A stretch of DNA of 64,000 bases, from the NCBI GenBank assembly GCA_028534125.1, contig CM052816.1, forward strand, positions 61,940,001-62,004,000, written 5' to 3'. The position numbers and the translations under genes are program-made. The notes beneath the pieces are model-generated. The model searched no databases and was not told the origin of the DNA. It saw only the letters and a list, made by a program, of their open reading frames with translations. This DNA comes from Lama glama. Lineage: Eukaryota. Position 1 is the stretch's first letter. The number at the start of each line of letters is the position of its first letter. Shown here in pieces: positions 1 to 11,622 of the stretch.

Positions 1-67
1 CTGCCTGCCCACATTCCCACCTTAGAGAACCTACCCTCCTCACAGCCCTGGAAGAAACAGCCTTACA

Positions 68-890
68 CTATCAGTTAGGTTTAGGTTCTATCGCACTTAA
101 CAGAAACTCCACATAATATGGCTTTAACAACTTTAAGATTATTTTATCTCACACAGAAAAAGTTTGAGATAGGCGATCCAAGATGAAACTGTGATTCCAT
201 AAAGTCTCCAAGGATCCAGGCTCCTTTGGTTGCTCCATTCTGCCATTCAAAGATCCAACCTGTGTGTCAGGTTGGTAGCAGGAGCAAGGGATGAAGAAGG
301 GCTAGCCTCCTCCTTTTCTTAAAAAAAAAAAAAAAAAAAAAGACTGCCTGAAAGTCTCACACATCTCTGTTGCATCTCATTAGCCAGAACTTGGTCACAA
401 GGCCATACTTAGGAAATTGGTGAATGTCTTTTAGCTAGGCAGTCATGAATCCAGCTAAAAATTTGGGTTATCTAGAAACAGACTCACAGACATAGAAAAC
501 AAACTTATGGATACCAGGGGGAAAGAGAACGGGAAGGGATAAATTGGGAGTTTGAGATTTGCAAATACTAACTACTGTATATAAATAAAAATAAATTGAC
601 ACAACATTGTAAACTGACTATACTTCAATAAAAATACACATACAAAAAAATAAACAAGTTTCTACTGTATAGCATAGGAAACAATATTCAAGATCTTGTA
701 GTAATCTATAATGAAAAAGAATATGAAAAGGAATATATGTGTGTTCATGTATGACTGAAGCATTGTGCTGTACACTAGAAACTGACACAACATTGTAAAC
801 TGACTATACTTCAATTTTAAAAATTGGGGTTCTCATTAAGTAAGAAGGGAAGGACAGATGATGGAGGGACTAGTCATTTCTGTCACCTAC
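68..890 (-). mobile_element. Old MaLR LTR (MLT1J/K-like), interrupted by an L1 tail
   Basis: Resembles the MLT1 consensus (cattagccagaacttggtcaca; aaaattggggttctcattaagtaagaaggga). Subfamily assigned from memory. Confidence 0.6.
470..818 (+). mobile_element. 5'-truncated lineage-specific L1 3' UTR
   Basis: Typical laurasiatherian L1 tail (gaaacagactcacagacatagaaaacaaac...). Flanked by a near-TSD: AAAAATTTGGGTT 457-469 and AAAAATTGGGGTT 819-831. Confidence 0.8.
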
Positions 891-1804
891 ACATCTCATG
901 GCTTTTAATATGTCTATTGGCCATTCCACTATCATTATCCTCCACTATCATTATCCTCTCCAATAATACAACTGAATAGACACCAAACTGAAGCTGAGCC
1001 AATAAGATTCTGTGTCCCAAGAATTTGGATTTGGGACACAGAAATCAAGTCAATTTACTTCTGAAGAGCTGAAGTACAAGACAGAGCAGACTAGAGCTTT
1101 ACAGAGAAAATACAAGATTGTACAAGATAATGGAACAAATGAATAAAGGAAAGTAGAGAGATGAGGCTGCAGAGGGAGAGAGAAAAATCTAAGTGTCTGA
1201 CAACTTCCTTTCCCATGAGGCCTGTATGCAATTCTTTTATCTGGATTCTATATAACTTCCCTGTTCCTTTATACAGAAATCCCTTTACTTGAGCTAATTT
1301 ACGTGGGTCTCTATTCCCACCTACAACGAAACGATCCTTAAGATACTTACTAAAATAGATAAAATAGAATTTCCTTTAGAATTTTATACTTTTTAAGTGT
1401 CTGAGATAATTAGGAATTGATACCTTTCTTTTAAAAATTCAGATAATGGCAGGTAAGCTTTATAATGCCTCTTTTTGTCTTGCCTGCCAGGAAGATGATT
1501 AAATTTATTACACAGTCACATGGCAATTTCTGGCTAAAGCACAGAGATTGTAGTAGATTATATTACTGCTTCTAAGCACTCAGTGAAAAGTTTATACTTC
1601 ACCATGGATATCAGGCTTGGCCAGATCATTTGCTCTGGCCAACGAAATTGTGTATATATGCCACTTCTAAGCAGAAGCTTTAAGTGCTGGTGTATGATTC
1701 ATCATCACTCTTTTCCCTCTGCCATGCCTCCTCTCAGAAAGAGGCTGTTCCTTCATCCTCAACCCTTGAAAAAGATGATATGGAACAGATCCCACCAGGA
1801 TGTT

Positions 1805-2760
1805 GACCTAAACAAGCATTTCTCCAGTGAAGATATATGAATGGCCAATAGACATATGAAAAAATGCTCAGTATCACTAATTATCAAACAAATGCAAATC
1901 AAAACCACAATGAGGTATCACCTCACACCAGTCAGAATGGTCATCATTCAAAAGTCCACAAATGACAAATGCTGGAGAGGCTGTGGAGAAAAGGGAACCC
2001 TCCTACACTGCTTATGGGAATGTAGTTTGGTGCAGTCATCATGGAAAACAGTATGGAGATTCCTCAAAAGACTAAAAATAGACTTACCACATGATCTAGC
2101 AATCCCACTTCTGGGTATATATCTGGACGGAATTCTACTGCAAAAAGATACATCCACCACAATACTCATAGCAGCATTATATACAATAGCCAAGACACAG
2201 AAGCAATCTAACTGTCCATCGACAGATGACTGGATAAATAAGTTGTGGTATTATTTATATAATGGAATACTACTTGGCCATAAAAAAGAATAAAATAAGG
2301 CCATTTACAGGCCATTCCCTCCCTTGGAGGGACCTAGAGATTGTCATTCTAAGTGAAGTAAGCCAGAAAGAGAAAGAAAAATACCATATGATATCACTCA
2401 TATGTGGAATCCAAAAAAAAAAAAAAAGAGGACACTATGAACTCATCTACAAAACAGAAACAGACTTGCAGACATAATAAACAATCATATGGTTACCAGA
2501 GAAAGAGGGTGGGAGGGGATAAATTTGGGAGTTTGAGATTTACAAATGTTAGCCACCATATATAAAAATGGATTTTTAAAGTTTCTTTTGTATGGTACAG
2601 GTAACTATGTTCAATATCTTACAATAACCTTTAATGGAAAAAATATGTAAACGAATATATGCATATAAATACATGACCGGGACATTGTGCTGTACCTCAG
2701 AGATTGACACATTGTAATTGACTCTCCTTCAATCAACCAATCAATCAATAAGAAACAAAT
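1805..2760 (+). mobile_element. 5'-truncated L1 (ORF2 C-terminus plus 3' UTR)
   Basis: ORF 1841-2293 encodes the L1 ORF2 Cys-rich C-terminus ([14 protein letters not shown]). Probable TSD CAGGATGTT at 1796-1804 and 2761-2769. Confidence 0.92.
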
Positions 2761-4769
2761 CAGGATGTTTGTTTATGTGTTGGGACATCGAGGTATAACA
2801 GAAAGGACAAACAGGACAAAAATGTGAGGGAAGCACTAGGAACAACCAGAGTTTCTATCTCAGTGCTTATCACCACCACTTAGCCAATTATCTAAGCCAG
2901 AAGAGTCATCTAGAATATAGCCAGAAATATAATATACCTCCTACATCCAATCTATCACCTCTTTATTATCTCAAATCCCCCACAGACACTACCTTAGATC
3001 CTGACTACCTCTCCCTTGGGCTAATGTAGTAATCTACTATTTTGTCTATCTGCTTCAATCTCCTTCCTCTAACCCATCCCCTACACTTCTATAGAGTAAT
3101 ACATATTCCTAAAATGATGTCACACCTTTGCTGGAAACATTCCACACAAGAGTCACACTTCAGCTGGACACGTAGGAGTTGGCCCCGAACAACCCCTCTC
3201 CAGGCTCCCTAGAGGTGTCACAATATTGCAGATTCAGGTACCAGCTATGCCACTTTTTGGCCACAAGTCACTTAACCTCTTTAAGTCCGGTTTTTTGGTT
3301 GTTTGTTTTTTATAAAATGAGAATCATGATGCAAATTGTACCTTGTACCTTTCTTCTGGGCATTAAATTAGAGAAATAAAATAGACTCGGCAAAGTGCCC
3401 GGTCACACTGTCGAAGAACAATAAACACTTGTGGAATAAGAGAACAAATTCTCTGGCTAGATCTCCCATGAACACTTCACAGCCCAGCTTATACAACTGT
3501 TTCCCTTCACTAGAAACTAAGCAACTTGAGAAAGAGGCTGCGACTTACTAATCTGGGCATCCTGGGACATAGCACAGTGCCCAGTATAAAGGAGCAACTC
3601 AATTAATGGGTAAAAGCTAAGTAATCTTTGAAAGGTAAAATCCCTAAATAGAGGAGAGAGAAAGGCTAGTCAGACAAAATAAAACCACTAACTGTAGCTC
3701 TCCCTCAGGCCCTTGTGTAACTTCATGTGCCTTTAACTGTGTGCTAAACAAGAACTTGGCCTCTTGGGTGGCTCTTCTGTATTTTACCCAAACTCACACT
3801 TGCCAATTTAATTACAGATGAATTCACAATGTACAGACAAGGAAGGCAAGGAAAGTAAAGAATATTTCAAAACTCTTAAATGTGGCTATATTTGTTTCAG
3901 AGTAGAGAACATTTCCTCAAATCCTGAATAACTTAAAGAATGTTTGCACATAATCTCAACACTACATTTCAAATGTACAATTCCATTCCCTATAAACAAC
4001 TGACACTGCAAGATCAACAGAATGTCACTCTCAAGGGTAATACAAATCAATACACTCTGAAGAGATGCAAATATCTTTTTTCCATTTTGACAGCAGAATC
4101 TCCCCTACATGCGCATTTCATTGCTTCCTGTCTGCCATACAAAATATAATTGTAAAAACAGTAGGGTTGTCGTATTTCTGAAATATATAACTGAAATTCA
4201 AGAGCTTTTTTGTTTTATTTTGAAGGTGATTCCTTGGATATGGATTAAGGTTTTCAGTGAACTAAATGGACATTTTTAAAGAGGTATTTTATTTCAAACA
4301 ACCCAAGAAACAGTTTTGCCCAGAACATCCAAAAATTCTTGCTATAAAGATCCAACAAGAAGAAAAATGGAAGCTTGCCAGAAATGCCAAATGATGGTAT
4401 GGTTTACACTATAATTGTTACTATTCCAAAATTGTAAACATAACAGGTAAAGGCAATAGGATAAACCATCTAGTCTACACTGAGAGATTATCCAACATTA
4501 ATTTAAAGGATTTGACAATGATAAAATGTTATTTCTCTTAAATAGTGGTTCCCAAAAATTGTTTATCTTACTACCATTAGGGTGAAACTTAAGAAATTGC
4601 TGTATTTGACTATTCCTGTCCTATAATAAAGTGGCAATTTTATACTCAACCCTTTTTTAACCTGGTATTTTAATCTTTTCCTGAAATACACATTGTCTAT
4701 TTGACATCTTTAATGTTCTGCATGAACTTCTTTTAGAGCATTTGCCATACTGAATTGTAATTAATTGTG

Positions 4770-4871
4770 GTGTGTGTGCATTGATGTTGTTTTTAATGGA
4801 GGTACTGAGGACTGAACTCAGGATCTCGTGCGTGCTAAGCATGCACTCTACCACTGAGCTATACCCACCCC
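4770..4871 (-). mobile_element. tRNA-derived SINE (camelid vic-1-like)
   Basis: Reverse complement GGGTATAGCTCAGTGGTAGAGTGCATGCTTAGCA...GAGTTCAGTCC contains A and B boxes, followed by an A-rich tail. Confidence 0.8.
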
Positions 4872-7664
4872 TAATTAATTGTTCGTAATTCTTACTCTTA
4901 GGCTAAATTGTGAACATTTGCAGACAGAAACATTTTCTCCATTGTCTTCATGTTCCTGGCCCCTGGCAGTGCTCGGCACATAGCAGTTCTTACACAGTAA
5001 CTGACAACCAAAAGTAACATATATTTGAGAACAGAATGATTGGTTAGGAAAGAATATATAAAAAAAAAAAGGCAAGTTCTAGTAAAAGTATACAAACTTC
5101 ATTAAAGTCAATGGCTTCAAAGCTTAATATCTGCTGTTAAACCCAAATATTTCCTGAAAATACAGCATTTAGACTACTACTACTCCATACCAAAGAAATA
5201 ATACTTGTGAATTTTCAGAGAGCAATTACCCAGTATAAAGATCTCACATTTCTTTCTCTTCCTTTTTCATTCTTTCTTTTTTTTTTTTTTAAACTGTCTG
5301 CTTCAGTACAACACCTTGGGGCAAAAGGTGAAAGGAAGCAGAAATGCTCTAACAGGTTAATTTCATTCCTTGCTTAGACATGTTCTGATGACATAAAGGG
5401 GGGACTTCTTAGAGATGATTCTAATGGTTTAAATAGGGTTGTTAAAACACCTGTGGATTTCAATCTTTGTTGTACTACCTTTTAAAGTTAGTACTATCAT
5501 TTTTTAATGTGTATATCTTTTAAATGTTTGAAATTTAAATATTTTATTATCTTTTTGAATTGACTAAAACAAACCTAGTTAATGTACTAAAGACAACTAT
5601 GTACTTCCTATAGTTTGATCATAAAAGAGAAACCAGAATACAAAGTATATTAAGACTCAAAGAATTCACTGAGGCTGAAAGAAAGCTTATTAATATTTTT
5701 GAGAAGGCTAAAAATATTAAGGAAAAAGTATTCGAAGTTCCATAAGAAATCCTGGTCACAGATTTCAAAGCCAACAAAAGGAGACTTGAAAGACTAAAAT
5801 GAGCAACCGTTCATCTGGCTGTTCACCCAGGCCTCAGGAGGTATATTATGACTGTGTTACCCCTGGCTTCATAATTTAAAGTTCAGTCCTACTCATTAGG
5901 TTTCAAACTCAACTTCAATATTTTTATCTAAATTTCTGAAGCTATCATATAGTAAGATATTTCATATCCCATCAACCAAACACAGCTCATGAATAAAACA
6001 CAAATTCTACTTAACTTTACCAAAAAAGATGCTTGTTATATGAAAAAGGAATAGTGCCACAGTCAACTAAGTATGACAGGTCAACAGAACATAGCTGATC
6101 AAACCAGAACATGTTCAAATATCAAAACTAATGCCACTCTAGTTAACCTTAAAGATTACTACCAAAAGACTGTGATTTGAGGATATATGTGTCAAGATTT
6201 CTTTGATTTATATTTCAATTTGATGAAAATAATTTAGAAGTTAGAGTAATCACCACAAAACTAAAGATGATAGAAATTACACGATAAAAGACAGAATTTC
6301 CATAATGATTGTAATCACCATAACAAACCACTGATTTTTGACTAGCCAACTTGCTTGCTACATCTGATTTTACTGTTTAGCCATTTATTATAAATCAATA
6401 CACAGATGCTAAAAACAAGTAGGGTAGACAACTGTTTGGTTTATATGATTAACTTGCAGCAGCTGAGCTCCACCTACAGGCAAAATAAGTTTCTCTAGAA
6501 TGTTTTAAAATAGTACTTTCTGGAAGAGGCTGCAACTACCACCACACTGCAGTTAACATTCAGTGCACATTAGAATCACCTGTGCTTTTTAAAACTTATG
6601 GTCCCATACCAAAAGTTCTGATTGACTTGATCAGGGTGGGGCTTGTTCTCAGGTGATGCAAATTATGGAAAAGCTTGAGAGACTGATTTGAACCTTTACC
6701 ATCACAAATCTTTATAAACATTTAGAATACGCAAATATCGTATTTTCCTTCTTCTAAAATTACTTGATTCCCACTATACCGACCCTTTATCTTTTTCAGA
6801 GATTAAATTAAGTTCAGTTGATATGTCTTATCCCTGGTAGACTGCAAAAGACCTGAAGTGACACTACACTTTTTCTAAATTACTTTTACATGATTCTATG
6901 CCTCAGAAGTAATAAAGAGAGTGTTTGGTGGGGATTAGGGTTCTTAACCCTATATACACACATTAGAGTATCTGGAGAGATTTTACAAAATATTATTGCC
7001 CCGAAGTTACATTATGTTCTTAGAAGTTAGAAACGTGGTACTATTAGGGGATGAGGGGAGAAGTAACCAGAACAGCACAAGAGGGAGACTTCTGGGTAAC
7101 GGTAATTTTCTGTTTCATGATCTGCGTGATGGGTATATGGGTGTATTAAGTTTGTAAAAATACACCAACCTATATATTTATGATATGTGCATTATAAAAT
7201 ACAGCTCATACAAATATATCCTGAATGTACATTACACTTCAATAGAAAGTTAACAAGTTAAAAAGGACATGCCCAGGCTTCACTGCAGACCAAGTGATTC
7301 AGGATCTTTGGGAGTGGCCTGGGTGTCAGTATTTCTTTTTTAACATTCCTCCAGTTAATCTAACATGGAGTCAGCAGTGAAAACCATGCCTCTAATGAAT
7401 CACAAGTGTTTTCATTCATCTACTCACCCACTCACTACACAAATCTTAATGAACAACTGCCATATACCATATGCTTATTTTACTAGACTCAAAAGACTTA
7501 AAGGTAAGTAAGACAGTCTCTGCAGGAGCTCACTCCAAACACAGGAAGCGGGCAAACCCGTAAACCTCATGTGATAAATACAAGCAAGGTACTTAAAAGG
7601 TCTCGAGGACAAAGTGATTGGTCAAAGGATTCACTCACTTTTTTTGTTCATTCATTTATATACA

Positions 7665-7957
7665 TGTCAGCCGCCAGAGGCTGGAGAGGGATTCGAGAAG
7701 GTGAGCTGCCCAGCTGGAAAAAGGCGCGAGGAGCCGACATGGAGCAGGCCAGCACTCCACCGCAGTACAAGCGAGCGGCTCACGCGCTCAGGCGTCTGCA
7801 CTCACTGGTCCTTTTATTATGCCCGTGCATGCGTATTGTTCAAAATGTGTACTCATGCTATCAGCGCATGCTTACATGTACTTCTTACCCCACACACATG
7901 CAAGTTATTGTGAACTTTAACCTGGGTCCCACGACCTACTCACTTAAGACTGCGACA
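7665..7957 (-). mobile_element. Young solo LTR, 293 bp
   Basis: TGTC...GACA inverted termini; perfect 5-bp TSD ATACA (7660-7664 and 7958-7962); 16 CpGs; AATAAA on the minus strand at 7813-7818. Orientation is inferred from that motif. Confidence 0.8.
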
Positions 7958-8224
7958 ATACATATTTGGGAACCTGTGATGTTTGACCATGGATAAATGG
8001 ACCCAATCTCTGCCTTCAAGAAAATTACAGTACAAGGGTACACAAAGAAGAAAAAAAAAGGTATAACCTGTTGTCATACTGACCATCACAGAAGTGTGAG
8101 AAAGGTGCAACAGGAATACCCTGGGGAGTCAGAGAAGGTACTACCAAGTTGCTGACCCTGGAGGTAAGAGGACATAAACTTGAACTAGTCCAGGAGCCCT
8201 GGTGGTAAATATTAGTATTCTAGA

Positions 8225-8385
8225 GGAGTGCTTCTCAAACTCTCCTAACGTATAAATCACCGGAAATCCTATTAAAATGCAGAGGCTGATTCAGAAAGTG
8301 TGAGGTGGGGCCTGAGACTCAGTATTTCTGAAAAGATTCCAAGTGATATTAATGCTATTGGTCCACAGGTCACAATTTAAGTAGA
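8225..8385. mobile_element. MER5A-like hAT-Charlie DNA transposon
   Basis: gtgcttctcaaact...aatcacc...aaaatgcaga..ctgattcag...gtggggcctgaga matches the MER5A pattern. Confidence 0.7.
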
Positions 8386-10996
8386 AGGTTTTTGAGGAAG
8401 ATGGGTTTTCAAGAAGGAAAAGACCAAAAAAAAAAAAAAAAGAAAGCCAAATTCCATAGCAGAGACTAAGAAAAACAAAAATTGGAAAGCAGCCATTAGA
8501 TTTGTCAAGGAGGTAGCCTTAGTGAGGAGTTTTAGGGGGTGATGAGGGAAAAGCTAGAAGATGTATATGTAGAAATAAATGGGAACTAAGGTGGTGGGGA
8601 CAGGAAATAAAATAAGAGGTTTTGTTTTTACTCTTAAATGCTCCAAGAGGCTCAAGTCTATGCACAAGCTGAAGGAGGAATGAGTGAAGAGGGAAAACTG
8701 AAGACAAAGGAAAGAGGATGGAATAATTTTGAATGGGTAGAAAGATTCTCAGCTTTAAAGAGAAAGAAGAAAAGGGGATAAAAATTAGTCTGAAAGGGTA
8801 GAGAAAAGGATAAGAATTTCTCCTGTTTCATGGCACAAGCAGCCAGGTGACCTGATGAGAGAGTCAATTTAGGTTTAGAGGAAGCACCCAGGAACAGGTA
8901 ATGAAGAAGCATTGGAGGCAGAGCAGAGGTGGGACTTGCACTTGTCTGTGTGATTCTGCTCAGCAGCATCCAATGGTCAGTATAGGCTTAGAGAAGGGGA
9001 ATGGATAAGAAACAGAGTGAGACTGATAACATTTTGAAAAGGAAGGAGGCAAGGGACAGAAATCCTTAAGAAGCCTTAAGTACAGTGAGAGGAAAGAAAG
9101 GGGAGAAGAGCGAAGAACTTTGGATTTTTCCTTATTGAACCTCTAAGTATTTTTCAACAGAACATTTAGGGAAATATTCTACTCCATGAAAATTTGTTGG
9201 AAATATATTGTTAAATATCATTCCCCAACTTACATATTAAGTACTCGACAGATCTGCTCATAGGTTTAACATCCCAAGTGATAAACAACTTCAACATAAC
9301 TGATTCCAGATGTTGCTTTACCAATAGAAGCAATACCACCAATTTTCAGTAAAATTATACTTTGAATGGCTCCTTGCCTAAAAGGCTGGTAGGCTAGTCT
9401 AGTCCCTGATCCTACTGCTTGAATCAGAAAATGACCTGAGGATAACAAGAATATTCAAGCACATCCAGACGAAAAGTTTGTATACACCAAGAGCACTGCT
9501 TTTTGAATACGTAATGATTTCATACTGACATCCTATTTGGCTGGCAGCTATACCCATTATAATTCAACTTAGACTGAGCAGTAATTTTCCTTTAAATATA
9601 ATTATCCTTTCTTACCACATTACAGTTTTTTAAGACTCTTAGAGGTTTTTTTGTTTGGTTTTTTTTTTTAACATAAAATTAACTTGAGACTTCAACTACA
9701 GTGAAGCTGGTATAACTGACCAAAAGCACTAATGATTTTGGTAATTTTTTGTACTCTAAGTAAGTGGTCATGAGACAATCATAGAAGTTTCTAGACAAGA
9801 GACAAAAAATTGTATTTTCCTTTTGAGATTCTGTACTTTCTCCTCTATCCTGACCTTATTTTTCTTTTATTTCTCTTTGTAGGTAGGAGAGACAGGATGA
9901 AAGAGGGAGAGAGGAAGATGTGAATATTGAAAACCTGGGCAAAGAGGGGAAGAGTTATAAATGGATGTTTGGTGTTCCCACAGTTTACTAAGGCAAATTT
10001 ATCCAAATAAGCTTTATTTAGTTCTTATAGAAAATTGCTAAATTTTAAGTTATATTAATTATAGGGTATACAAGTATTTGGAACTGTCTTAACACCAAAA
10101 GAACAGAGTAGAGTTGAGAATTTAAAAAGCACTTAAACATGACAAATTTTTGGTTCATCTATTAAAAACTCAAAATGTATTTTTGTCACATTATAAATGA
10201 AATCTTTAAAAATTCATTGTTCTTAAAAATCAGCAAATGCATGTCTTAAATGAGAGAGAGAAAAAATATCTTTGATTATATCTGATAAGAGGCCCTCAGC
10301 TCCATGTATGTATAAGCATATACATGATCAACAAAATCTTCAGGCAGTAGTGGCCCGAAGTTAATCTACTATATTAAATTATTCAATGGTGATTACTTGA
10401 GTATCAGGTGAATGTTGCTGGGAAAAAGATATTTAAGGTAACTTCTAAGTACCATTTCTGAATGCGAAGGTTATATCATTAGCAGAAATTTCCGAGAATT
10501 ACTTTTCTAGTTACATAAACAAAAAAAAAAAAATTGAGGGAGCTAAGTGATGACAACATGGAAATGCTTTTCATTTTTAAGTTTTTCTGATGAGGATGGG
10601 AAACAATGAAAAAAAGAATGTTGTTTATATATAGCTAGGTCTATTTTATCCCCAAATGTAGGCCATCCAAAGAAAACAAACACTACTATTTTTAAAGCGG
10701 TATTATTTAAAATATATACCATAAAAGTTGTAATAATAGAGTTACAAAGGAGAGTCTTTCAATTAAGCTGAATTTCAGGAGAATAAAATGTTGAGTCAAA
10801 AACTTCAACCACTCTTTACCATCAGACATTTGCTGAGATTTCTTTTATGATACCACTAAGATTAGGAGAGACAGATAGTATAAATCAGACTTGAAAAGAC
10901 ATCAGTATTTTCAGGCCCACACATTTCTTACCAGTTTTGACAGACTTTACTCACCTAAATCGGAGGACATCTCCTTCTCTTCTATACCATTACTTT

Positions 10997-11125
10997 ACTG
11001 CTTTCTGAGGGGGAGGTAATTAGGTGTCTTTATTGATTTCCGCTGGGAGGAGGTACCAAGGACTGAACCCGGGACCTCTTGGGTGCTGAGCATGCGCTCT
11101 ACCACTTGAGCTATACCCTTCTCCC
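10997..11125 (-). mobile_element. tRNA-derived SINE (vic-1-like)
   Basis: A and B boxes present; TSD ACCATTACTTT at 10986-10996 and 11126-11136. Confidence 0.85.
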
Positions 11126-11464
11126 ACCATTACTTTGCTTTTCTTGTTGGTTTTAAACAAATAGAACCTTCCACATCTAGCTAATACATCTCTTTCCCCA
11201 AATATAAGACATTTTAGAGGCTTTTAATGAAGAGATCAGAAACAAATGAAGTTGAATTTGACTCACAGAGTACTGCTGTGATTAAAACTGGTCTATTTGC
11301 TTTTAGGCCTCCAAGTGGGCTAATTTAACACAACTGATACATATATCAAATGTTAAGAAAATAGTATTTTAGAAAATAAATTGGAAAGAGGACTCAATCT
11401 TAATTTAAAGTAAAGAACAAGAAGACAAAAACTCTAATACCGGGAAGCACCATGCCTGCCTTAC

Positions 11465-11622
11465 CTGCGGCTAACTGATTTCTTCCCCACTTCACCCTCT
11501 CCAGCTGACTTAACATTTGCACTTGTGTCCTTTTTCAGCTTCTTTGCAATTCTCTCTCTCATCAGGTTCTTCTCATCACCATCAGCATATTCCTCATGCT
11601 CCGCACCTTCACAGTCTGCATC
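11465..11622 (-). CDS. CWC27: CWC27 exon 10 (DADCEGAEHEEYADGDEKNLMRERIAKKLKKDTSANVKSAGEGEVGKKSVSR)
   Basis: 158 nt; TTTTGCAG|GAT acceptor, AG|GTAAG donor; matches the CWC27 charged region. The gene continues past the left edge through a long intron 10. Confidence 0.96.

Noticed and set aside
925..957. 16-bp tandem duplication CCACTATCATTATCCT x2
   Set aside because: An ordinary slippage duplication; only two units and no spacers, so not an array.
1841..2477. 150-aa and 71-aa ORFs as host genes
   Set aside because: They are frameshifted C-terminal pieces of L1 ORF2.
7571..7996. 141-aa and 99-aa ORFs over the CpG-rich segment
   Set aside because: They run across the LTR boundaries, have no recognisable domain, and are explained by the stop-poor GC-rich insert.
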